DNA of 64,000 bases from IMG/VR virus record IMGVR_UViG_3300047510_002037, positions 20,700 to 84,699 of that record; one strand, written 5' to 3'. The position numbers and the translations under genes are program-made. The DNA is from a virus. Below the pieces are notes generated by a model that worked only from the letters and a program-made list of their open reading frames with translations, ran no database searches and was not told the origin of the DNA. Shown piece after piece: positions 50,373 to 57,621 of this stretch (position 1 is its first letter; every line of letters begins with the position of its first letter).

Positions 50373-50513
50373 TTAATTACCTTGTCCGCGATATTTCTTT
50401 TTCCTACCATTACGAGAAGTTGCTGAAAGTAATGTACGCGCTGAACGTCCTTGACGAGTCTTTTTAGGGGGTCCGGGTTGAAAAGTTACTTTATTAGATC
50501 CACCTTTAGCCAT
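50373..50513 (-). CDS. Small very basic protein, 46 aa (not in the ORF track)
   Basis: MAKGGSNKVTFQPGPPKKTRQGRSARTLLSATSRNGRKKKYRGQGN; GGAGG upstream; followed by the terminator. Confidence 0.75.
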   Translation of the reverse strand: MAKGGSNKVTFQPGPPKKTRQGRSARTLLSATSRNGRKKKYRGQGN

Positions 50514-50662
50514 TAGATTTCCTCCAGTTTAATTTCATTAGGGTTAATATTATTCTCAGGATCCTCAAAGTAATTAAAAGCAATATCTTCAAGGATCTCT
50601 GCACAGTCTTCATGAGAGAGATTCTCATAGAGAACCTCTCCTTGATAAAGAATGTTAAACAT
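50513..50662 (-). CDS. Small acidic protein, 49 aa (not in the ORF track)
   Basis: MFNILYQGEVLYENLSHEDCAEILEDIA...; TGATG and TAATG overlaps with both neighbours. Confidence 0.7.
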   Translation of the reverse strand: MFNILYQGEVLYENLSHEDCAEILEDIAFNYFEDPENNINPNEIKLEEI

Positions 50663-51429
50663 CAGATTACGCGAATCTTCTCGTGACCGACACGAATGCG
50701 TGGATCACACCAGATCTCAAATCCTGCTTCTTTTGCATCGAGACAGAATGAGACATCTTCTCCACACATATCTTGTACTGCACCAGATTCAAAGACTTGC
50801 ATCTTAGGTGCAAACCAAGGATATTCGAGATTCTCAAATACTCCTTTCTTAATTAGAACCCAACCAAAACCTGTATAGTCTACAGTGAAAGGCTTGCGAC
50901 GCTTCGACATGCTATCACCAGTCTCGTGATTCATGACTCCACCATTATTGCGGAAGTCTTCCTCTTCAAGCCAGTGAGCAACTGATGTAGTACGACCATC
51001 TTCAGTCATATACCAACCTGCTGCTACTTCACGCTCTTCACCGTCTGCGGGAAGCGCGAGATCGCAGAGTTGCCAGAACTTCTCAGTGTTGAATACGATA
51101 TCGCTATCAATCCAAAGTTGATAATCATAAGGAAGTTTACCATCCCAAGGTACTTGCTTTGGACCGCGCAATACGTTCGCACCAAGACACTTACAACGTG
51201 CGAAGTTTACCATCGATGAGTAATCTTGTGAAATCTGAATACTCATTCCATTTTGTACAAGATCAAAACAAAGTTGTACAAATGATTTTAGAAATTGAAA
51301 CGAGCATCCTCGACCAGGAAGGCAAAACACAATTGTCTTCCCTCGCATACGCTCTTTAATTGCTTCATAGTCCCATTCTAGCTCTGCTTTCTTGGGAGTT
51401 GCTGCTTTAACAGTGAATCCTTTTGCCAT
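50662..51429 (-). CDS. GT-A fold glycosyltransferase-like protein
   Basis: WIDSDIVF (DxD), TGFGWVLIKKGVFE, GEDVSFC, IWCDPRIRVGHEK. Confidence 0.8.
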   Translation of the reverse strand: MAKGFTVKAATPKKAELEWDYEAIKERMRGKTIVFCLPGRGCSFQFLKSFVQLCFDLVQNGMSIQISQDYSSMVNFARCKCLGANVLRGPKQVPWDGKLPYDYQLWIDSDIVFNTEKFWQLCDLALPADGEEREVAAGWYMTEDGRTTSVAHWLEEEDFRNNGGVMNHETGDSMSKRRKPFTVDYTGFGWVLIKKGVFENLEYPWFAPKMQVFESGAVQDMCGEDVSFCLDAKEAGFEIWCDPRIRVGHEKIRVI

Positions 51430-51477
51430 AAATTCAAAAATTCTTCAGTTCAATTCTACAGTGATATTTAGTCTAAG

Positions 51478-51666
51478 TCAATAAGATGCTTCTGCGATTA
51501 CTGACTTATTGACTTGCAGTTCTTCGTATTGCAAGTCGTCATTACTTACTTCTGTGTATATCTCAACTAACCTATTCAAAGTCTCCCATACTTGCTTGAA
51601 TTCCGACTCATCTAAAGAATGATAGATGCACTTCTCCTTTGCGTATATGTGATAAACCTTATCCAT
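51478..51666 (-). CDS. Hypothetical protein
   Basis: 62 aa ORF in operon orientation. Confidence 0.65.
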   Translation of the reverse strand: MDKVYHIYAKEKCIYHSLDESEFKQVWETLNRLVEIYTEVSNDDLQYEELQVNKSVIAEASY

Positions 51667-51862
51667 GATTTTTTCTCCGCGAAATTTTTTTATCTTCGGT
51701 ATATTTCACCACAGAATTATATATCAGAATTCTCAGAGTTTCAATTAAACATATCGAAATATAATAAAGTTCGTCCATGGGACCAATCGTAGTACCATAG
51801 AGATCCTCGTATATAAACCTTATGGGGTTAAATTTTTCTGGAAAAATTTTTTTAATCAGCAT
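51659..51862 (-). CDS. Hypothetical protein
   Basis: 67 aa ORF overlapping the next gene start. Confidence 0.4.
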   Translation of the reverse strand: MLIKKIFPEKFNPIRFIYEDLYGTTIGPMDELYYISICLIETLRILIYNSVVKYTEDKKISRRKNHG

Positions 51863-52002
51863 GATAACTCTCTCGCGTTTTTGGTTCGTTGTAGGTTAGG
51901 GTAGTTTGCGTTTTTTAATAAGGGGGGCGCTACACGGCCCGCCGACATAACGATACCATTATATAATACACTGTCCTATGCCCTACTGCTGCACGAACGA
52001 AT

Positions 52003-52030
52003 AAAAAAGAGGGGCTATTCGTGCCCCTCT
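52003..52030 (-). terminator. Rho-independent terminator ending the early region
   Basis: Minus strand AGAGGGGC-ACGAATA-GCCCCTCT followed by a T-run. Confidence 0.85.
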
Positions 52031-52048
52031 ACTTTACCATAAAAACTA

Positions 52049-52201
52049 TCAGAAGTCGATCCACTCGCTTGTGGGTTGAGTGAAGGAAGATTGAGGAGTT
52101 GCATCATCAGCACCCCCATTATCAATGCTGTCCAGAATCGAAAGAATTTCATTACCAGTGTTACCTTGACGGAGCATACCGAGGATAGTTTCGCGGGTCA
52201 T
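52049..52201 (-). CDS. Small hypothetical early protein, 50 aa (not in the ORF track)
   Basis: MTRETILGMLRQGNTGNEILSILDSI...PTSEWIDF*; followed by the terminator. Confidence 0.7.
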   Translation of the reverse strand: MTRETILGMLRQGNTGNEILSILDSIDNGGADDATPQSSFTQPTSEWIDF

Positions 52202-52266
52202 GAGAAAGTTAAATCAAAGGGGTAAGTTGGTGGAGTCTTTATAGGGCGCTGCCGTTCCCATTGATA

Positions 52267-52485
52267 TCAGAAACCGATCAAATAATCTGCTGCCTCTGCT
52301 GCTTTCTTACGATTAGCATAGACTGCAACCTCTCCATCAAAGGTAAGATAGCGATACTTCCAACCAAGAGTTTTGTTTTTGAGAATTACTTTGTGAGAGT
52401 AGAGTGCAATACCAAATCCAGGTTTTTGACGAGTGATGATGTAAGGAGCAGGAACGGAATTGTCGGGGGTGCTAACGGTCAGCAT
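52267..52485 (-). CDS. Hypothetical early protein
   Basis: 72 aa ORF in operon orientation. Confidence 0.6.
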   Translation of the reverse strand: MLTVSTPDNSVPAPYIITRQKPGFGIALYSHKVILKNKTLGWKYRYLTFDGEVAVYANRKKAAEAADYLIGF

Positions 52486-52516
52486 GATGAGTGAGTGTTA
52501 AGTGGGAGGTAAAAGT

Positions 52517-52840
52517 TCAGTTCAGACGCATACCAGAGAAGAAAGGAATCGTGGTGCCGTCAGACATACGGAAGAACCAATCGTAGTTCTTTTGGTATAC
52601 ACTTTCACCACCGATTCCATGAGCGTGAAGAATAGCATTCAGGCGGGATTTGGTGGTGGTGGTTTGATGTCCGCCGTCAAAGATTTGCATCCAGGTATCA
52701 CCAATGATTGCGATGATGTGACCATAGAGTTTCACGACAGAGGTGTCATTTAAAGAGCAATAGACAACCTCAGTATTATCTTTTTTCCAATCCTTGCAAG
52801 CAGCGATAGCGGCGTTCATCTGCTGTTCGATCTTACGCAT
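52517..52840 (-). CDS. Conserved hypothetical early protein
   Basis: MRKIEQQMNAAI...DGGHQTTTTKSRLNAIL; start placed at the ATG after a structured leader. Confidence 0.75.
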   Translation of the reverse strand: MRKIEQQMNAAIAACKDWKKDNTEVVYCSLNDTSVVKLYGHIIAIIGDTWMQIFDGGHQTTTTKSRLNAILHAHGIGGESVYQKNYDWFFRMSDGTTIPFFSGMRLN

Positions 52841-52922
52841 GGTTTGAGAAGCGATTGATTGGGGTTGGGCGGTCCTCACCTCCGCCCTTGGGGGGTTCTC
52901 CTTCCTCCCCCCTGATGAACAT

Positions 52923-52981
52923 AGTATGCCTCAGATCAGGGGGCAGTGGGGGGATCAGTGGACAGTTCAGTAAGTGTACAC
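52923..52981 (-). promoter_or_regulatory. Two-block early promoter 1
   Basis: GTGTACA-N10-TGTCCAC-N29-CATACT. Confidence 0.75.
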
Positions 52982-53743
52982 CTGAGCATTGACTTCCTGC
53001 AGGAGTTTTGCTACCTTATCCTGCTGCAGTTTGAATACAATTTGAGAGTTACGGTTAGCCTCACTCAGTCCCAGAAATGCCTTGACTCCATTGTTACTGG
53101 TGACGCGAATTCGCAGACCACAATCATACTCCTTCACACCATCAGTAAAGAGTAGACGACGGGAACCTTTTGCCTTACCTTTGAGGAAAGGAGTGTAACC
53201 CAGTTGAATATAACGAACTGCGGGATGATTGTCTGCCTGGTAGACATACAAATTACGGTTCACAGTATCATTCAATGCGAGCATCATTTGACTATTCGCA
53301 TCAATCATTTGTGTCTGAATAAAAGAAACCAACTGTTCGGCAGTGAAAGAGTCAAGAACTCCGCTGCAAACGTTATTAAAATCCTGGCGAACTTGCTTTA
53401 CAAAAGAAACAGCAGAGCGTTGGGATTGTGGGAGTTTACGATACTCTTTAATTTGGTCAAGAAAGGGGGCAAAGGTATCACCAACAACGTCAGAAACCTT
53501 GCTAGTGTTAATCCAATCAAACGAACCATTCTTAACACCTTTCTTGTGTTTGATGGTCCACTTGATGTTACGATCGGGATCAAATGCATCTGCTTTGTTC
53601 TTTGTTCCGCCGAGCAAAACAATAGAGAGAGATGCAAGATCAAAGTAAACCAAAAGCTTCGAAGTATCGCCTTCGTTCTTGATGCCTTCGTAGTGGACTT
53701 TTCCAGTGATGTCGAAAGTCATTTTTTTAGTGTGGTGTTCCAC
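52967..53743 (-). CDS. Putative PD-(D/E)xK restriction-endonuclease-like nuclease
   Basis: E...GGTKNKAD...TIK pattern; probable start at MTFDIT (53722). Confidence 0.45.
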   Translation of the reverse strand: MEHHTKKMTFDITGKVHYEGIKNEGDTSKLLVYFDLASLSIVLLGGTKNKADAFDPDRNIKWTIKHKKGVKNGSFDWINTSKVSDVVGDTFAPFLDQIKEYRKLPQSQRSAVSFVKQVRQDFNNVCSGVLDSFTAEQLVSFIQTQMIDANSQMMLALNDTVNRNLYVYQADNHPAVRYIQLGYTPFLKGKAKGSRRLLFTDGVKEYDCGLRIRVTSNNGVKAFLGLSEANRNSQIVFKLQQDKVAKLLQEVNAQVYTY

Positions 53744-53796
53744 AAATAGGGTTTAAATGTGTTCCGTCTTTATAGGGCGCGGAACGTTCCCATCAA

Positions 53797-53979
53797 TTAA
53801 GCAGCAATCAGAGATTCGATGTTCACCTCCCGCGTATTCAGCAGAGAGTAATCATAACCCTGATTCTCCTGCAGATCTACTTGATAGGCAGTCGCAGCAG
53901 AGAAGCAATCAAACAGGCGGAGGGAATCGAAGGACTCGCCCTCATAATCCCAACCACCGATCACAGCGTAGACTTTCAT
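53797..53979 (-). CDS. Hypothetical early protein
   Basis: 60 aa, directly downstream of a two-block promoter. Confidence 0.7.
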   Translation of the reverse strand: MKVYAVIGGWDYEGESFDSLRLFDCFSAATAYQVDLQENQGYDYSLLNTREVNIESLIAA

Positions 53980-54006
53980 CTGAGGCGTTTCGTTTGAACT
54001 GAAGTC

Positions 54007-54066
54007 AGTATAGAGGGCAGGAGGGGGGTCTGTGGGCAGTTGGTGGACAGTTGCTCAACCGTCTGA
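54007..54066 (-). promoter_or_regulatory. Two-block early promoter 2
   Basis: TCAGACG-N10-TGTCCAC-N30-TATACT, then GACTTCAGTTCAAAC. Confidence 0.75.
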
Positions 54067-54246
54067 CTCGGCAGGTTCGCCTAACAGTTCGGGATAGTAT
54101 TCGTTACACTCACTGAGCAATTCTTCATCAGAATACTTAGCATAACCTTCATCAAGATAATCATAACAAAGCTGGGTCATCGTCTTGAGATCCATGTCAT
54201 CCAACATTTGCTGAATGAGAGCATCTTGGAGTTCAGAACGGTTCAT
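54055..54246 (-). CDS. Hypothetical acidic early protein
   Basis: 63 aa ORF. Confidence 0.7.
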   Translation of the reverse strand: MNRSELQDALIQQMLDDMDLKTMTQLCYDYLDEGYAKYSDEELLSECNEYYPELLGEPAESDG

Positions 54247-54251
54247 GAGTT

Positions 54252-54365
54252 TCAGTTTCCGTTGATAATGTTCCAGAATTGTTTAGAGTTCATTCCAGGA
54301 ATGTGGGGGAAGTTCTTTTCATAATACCCCGTCACATGCCTGACCCATGCTTTAATTGGGTTCAT
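54252..54365 (-). CDS. Tiny hypothetical protein, 37 aa
   Basis: MNPIKAWVRHVTGYYEKNFPHIPG...NGN*; fills the gap between neighbours. Confidence 0.5.
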   Translation of the reverse strand: MNPIKAWVRHVTGYYEKNFPHIPGMNSKQFWNIINGN

Positions 54366-54492
54366 TTGGAACCTCTTGAATGACTTCAGTAACAGTGATG
54401 ATTTGTTTGTCTTCGTTGATGTAATCGGTCTGAATCAGGTTAGGTGCAACCTGCATCATTCCGACAATGTAAGCAGCAGCAATTTCAATCAT
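54352..54492 (-). CDS. Tiny hypothetical protein, 46 aa
   Basis: MIEIAAAYIVGMMQVAPNLIQTDY...; fills the gap between neighbours. Confidence 0.55.
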   Translation of the reverse strand: MIEIAAAYIVGMMQVAPNLIQTDYINEDKQIITVTEVIQEVPNEPN

Positions 54493-54495
54493 GAT

Positions 54496-54624
54496 TCAAT
54501 AATCGTAATCAGCGTTCAGATACTCATTCAGGTTGAATGATTTTTCATCTTTGAGTTCAGGAATGTCCAGGTCAAAGATTTCACCAGGCATGTCCTGGAT
54601 TTCGGACCAGAGTTCATCAAACAT
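54496..54624 (-). CDS. Tiny acidic protein, 42 aa
   Basis: MFDELWSEIQDMPGEIFDLDIPEL...NADYDY*; AAGGAG upstream. Confidence 0.7.
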   Translation of the reverse strand: MFDELWSEIQDMPGEIFDLDIPELKDEKSFNLNEYLNADYDY

Positions 54625-54645
54625 GATCAAATCTCCTTGAAAGAA

Positions 54646-54834
54646 TCAGTTACCGAAGAAAGAATCAAACTCATCTGCAACACGTTCGATCAGATAATCG
54701 GTTGCATCAAGATCAAAAACATTGCAGACAAAATCTACACAATCATTCAGATCTGTGTGATTGTTGCACATAAACTCACGAAGGGCAGGTGCAATCTCCA
54801 GATCGAACATGTGGACTTCGGAGGCAGTGGGCAT
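54646..54834 (-). CDS. Hypothetical acidic early protein
   Basis: Start placed at MPTASEV, downstream of the promoter -10 element. Confidence 0.6.
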   Translation of the reverse strand: MPTASEVHMFDLEIAPALREFMCNNHTDLNDCVDFVCNVFDLDATDYLIERVADEFDSFFGN

Positions 54835-54856
54835 CGCGGTTGTTTGAACTGAAGTC

Positions 54857-54916
54857 ATTATAGGCACAAGGGGCGGCGGTTCGCTGGTCAGAGTGGACAC
54901 CCTGCAGACCGTCACA
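54857..54916 (-). promoter_or_regulatory. Two-block early promoter 3
   Basis: TGTGACG-N10-TGTCCAC-N30-TATAAT, then GACTTCAGTTCAAAC. Confidence 0.8.
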
Positions 54917-54945
54917 CGAGCGGCTGCCCTGGGTATACCTAACCC

Positions 54946-55842
54946 TTATGCTGCTGTTTGAAACCTACCGCTGTTGAAGTTGTGATAACTGAAGACCTCA
55001 CGATTCACGAGTTTGAACATACCAAACTCATTGGTCATTACATAACCCTCAGCATCAATACGATTGCCGTTCACATAAGCAGCAGGACCATCATTGCGGC
55101 ACAGGAACAAACAATCATCTTTGATAGACTTCACCAATGCCCACAAACGAATCAGGTTAGGATCACAATCAAAGTCCTCTGCAGCAACCTGTTCACCAGC
55201 ACGAATGCAGGCGTTGATTTGCTGTTTGATCTTTGCTGCTTCCTTATCAGTTACGAACTGTGCAGTGGTAGACATTTGACGAGCAAACTCTACAACTTCC
55301 TTTACATCAGCAAACGATTCTTGACGATAAAGAATGTATGCTTCAGGTTTCACAAACTTAACGGTTTCAGTATCATTCCAGACCGCACGATCAGGCATTG
55401 CTACTGCTTCACGCAGATCATTCTCTGCAAAGTAGCACGTATGAGGTGCAATGATGATCTCTTGAGTTACTACTTCACCAAACTTGTAAGTAATCGTGTT
55501 GGGGCAATACTCATCATTACCGCCAAAACCGATAAAATCACCTTGGTAGACAGTATTGGTGCGAGGAAGATAATCGAAGCAAGAATGCAGAATAACCGCA
55601 ACCTCACCCTGATAGAACGCATCAATTTCTTCATGAGAGTGAGCAATGCGAATCTTTTTCTTGTTAAAGACTGCTTTAGTTCCTACAAAGAACTCACCGT
55701 TTGCGGGGTCGATTCCCCATACAATTGCGGGAGCACCATCAATCTTAACGCTGAGAGTCCCAGCGTTAACGAACCAATCAAGAACAGTAAGGTCGCCCGT
55801 GAGGATAACATCTTCGGGGTGTTCGAGGTGTTTGTTTTGCAT
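54946..55842 (-). CDS. Ligase-like covalent nucleotidyltransferase-fold protein (DUF6267-like)
   Basis: KHLEHPED; KIDG (motif I); QGDF; EGYV (motif IV); FKLV (motif V). Confidence 0.65.
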   Translation of the reverse strand: MQNKHLEHPEDVILTGDLTVLDWFVNAGTLSVKIDGAPAIVWGIDPANGEFFVGTKAVFNKKKIRIAHSHEEIDAFYQGEVAVILHSCFDYLPRTNTVYQGDFIGFGGNDEYCPNTITYKFGEVVTQEIIIAPHTCYFAENDLREAVAMPDRAVWNDTETVKFVKPEAYILYRQESFADVKEVVEFARQMSTTAQFVTDKEAAKIKQQINACIRAGEQVAAEDFDCDPNLIRLWALVKSIKDDCLFLCRNDGPAAYVNGNRIDAEGYVMTNEFGMFKLVNREVFSYHNFNSGRFQTAA

Positions 55843-55848
55843 GAGAGT

Positions 55849-55907
55849 AGTATGGCGCATCTGGGGGCGCTTTGGGGGATTTGGTGGACAGTACGGGAAC
55901 TGGCTCA
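55849..55907 (-). promoter_or_regulatory. Two-block early promoter 4
   Basis: TGAGCCA-N10-TGTCCAC-N29-CATACT; ATG 6 nt downstream. Confidence 0.75.
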
Positions 55908-56032
55908 CGAACCCTCTGGCTGCCGCCCAGGATGCCCTAGAATAGGGTCACAAGCGAATGAGGGGAGATGTATCCCTGCAGACGACAATTATCGACACTG
56001 AAGCAGCCTTAAAATATTATAAAACAAAATAT

Positions 56033-56058
56033 AAAAAAAGGGAGGCATTGTGCCTCCC
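56033..56058 (-). terminator. Rho-independent terminator
   Basis: Minus strand GGGAGGCA-CAA-TGCCTCCC-TTTTTTT. Confidence 0.88.
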
Positions 56059-56066
56059 GATTTGAT

Positions 56067-56504
56067 TCAGTGATCACGAAAGATGTGCATCGAACGATAA
56101 GAAGTTCCATCGTTACATGCGGTGAAATCATAACGCAACGAAGTCTCCCAAGTTGCTTCCCAATCCACTACAATTCCAGAAGGGAGATCATAACCCATCT
56201 CATCATAGAAAGACTCAGTAAACTCTGCCTCATCATTGAAGCATCCCTGATAACGCTCATCACAATCTTCGATGTCACTCATGCAACCCATTTCACCAAT
56301 GAGAGCATCAACTGCCTCATAACCGATTGCTTCACCACAACGAACATATTCTTCATAGTATGCAACGAAGTCGTCCTCATTGTAGGTATCAATGAACTCC
56401 AGCATGTCATCCAGAGCATAGCTCTCATCGATCAATTCATCGATCTTCTCAACAGTTTCGGTGTTGAGGGTTTCTTTGTAGTTAGCGGTGAGAGTGATCG
56501 ACAT
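56067..56504 (-). CDS. ArdA-like antirestriction (DNA mimic) protein
   Basis: Very acidic; YQGCFNDEAEFTESFYDE...VDWEATW..L..DF resembles the ArdA C-terminal pattern; early promoter upstream. Confidence 0.65.
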   Translation of the reverse strand: MSITLTANYKETLNTETVEKIDELIDESYALDDMLEFIDTYNEDDFVAYYEEYVRCGEAIGYEAVDALIGEMGCMSDIEDCDERYQGCFNDEAEFTESFYDEMGYDLPSGIVVDWEATWETSLRYDFTACNDGTSYRSMHIFRDH

Positions 56505-56530
56505 CTGTTGAATTTGTTTGAACTGAAGGT

Positions 56531-56590
56531 ACAATACACGGGATGGGGGACCTTTGCAATCCCCCTTGGGACACTTCTCAGACCGTCACA
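56531..56590 (-). promoter_or_regulatory. Two-block early promoter 5
   Basis: TGTGACG-N10-TGTCCCA-N30-TATTGT, then ACCTTCAGTTCAAAC. Confidence 0.7.
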
Positions 56591-56629
56591 CGGTCAGCTG
56601 CGATTCTCAATAAGAAAGTTTATTGAGAA

Positions 56630-56833
56630 TCAAACTTCTGCAAGTTTACGAAGGTTATTCATGATATCGTAGATCTCCATTTGATCCATATCTACATGAT
56701 CAAGATCTACAGGAGCGAACTCATGAAAGTTAACACTACCGTCAGAATATACGGGAGCATAATACAACTCATCTCCATCATCTTGGGAGAGAGAGTATAC
56801 ACAACCGTGCTCGGGGTAAGTGATGAAAATCAT
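56630..56833 (-). CDS. Hypothetical early protein (first gene after the repeat region)
   Basis: MIFITYPEHGCVYSLSQDDGDELYYAP...; CAGGAA upstream. Confidence 0.65.
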   Translation of the reverse strand: MIFITYPEHGCVYSLSQDDGDELYYAPVYSDGSVNFHEFAPVDLDHVDMDQMEIYDIMNNLRKLAEV

Positions 56834-56855
56834 GCGAATTCCTGACGACTTGAGT

Positions 56856-56914
56856 ATCATTGCACCAATCTGCCCCCACTGGGGGGATTAGTGGACAGTT
56901 CACGAAGCGGCACA
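56856..56914 (-). promoter_or_regulatory. Two-block early promoter 6
   Basis: TGTGCCG-N10-TGTCCAC-N29-AATGAT (weak -10). Confidence 0.6.
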
Positions 56915-57292
56915 AGATGTCTTGACTTTCACCAGATATCGTTTAGATCTTCTACATAAACCTCAACCTTTTCGTCACCTTCAAGATTAAATAGCTTCTC
57001 GTAATTAATATCACGAGCATTAAAGTCATTGTATACATCAAACTCTAGAGTAACGCGAACACGCTGCTTTTGACCGTGAAGATAAGAAACCATTGCCCTT
57101 TTGAGTAACTGTGAACAGTATAATACAATTCCAGTGTCCAGTCAAGGGACACATAATACACTGGCACATGTCTCGATAAATGTATATATGTTATATGATG
57201 TACAATATAGAGTGTATATGTGAATGTACACACACATCTAGATGGTGTGGGAAGGGGTGAGTGGGGTGAAGCACGATTCTCGCACTATACGC

Positions 57293-57539
57293 GAATCTAG
57301 TTGCATACCCACACATTCTTGCACTCTCGCACATGAATCTAGTTGTGTTATATGATGATATGATGAATCTCGAAGAGCTAGTTGAGACTTATGATGATCT
57401 AGTTCTATTATATGATGATGCGCGAATCTAGTTGTATTATGTGAATCTAGTTGTGTATATGATGATCTCGAAGCATGATGCGAATCTAGTTGTGTGTTGC
57501 GGAATCTAGTTCGCCTTATAAGTATACAGGATCTCGAAG
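57293..57539. repeat. Irregular direct-repeat tract (GAATCTAGTT x6, ATCTCGAAG x3, TATGATGAT-like units)
   Basis: GAATCTAGTT at 57293, 57335, 57424, 57443, 57482 and 57502; variants at 57377 and 57396. Confidence 0.9.
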
Positions 57540-57592
57540 GTCTCGTCAAGTTTTTATGTGCGCGACCCCTGATAGGATTTTTGCCCGCCCGC

Positions 57593-57621
57593 TTGACTTT
57601 TTTGAGGTCTTGTGATACAAT
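57593..57621 (+). promoter_or_regulatory. Sigma70-type promoter
   Basis: TTGACT-17 bp-TACAAT with an extended TGn element. Confidence 0.75.

Noticed and set aside
54958-56672. Long + strand ORFs (347 aa and 200 aa)
   Set aside because: They are antisense shadows of well-supported minus-strand genes and show no recognisable motifs.
57293-57539. CRISPR mini-array
   Set aside because: Repeats are only about 10 bp, spacing is irregular, the intervening sequences are themselves repetitive, and no cas genes are present.
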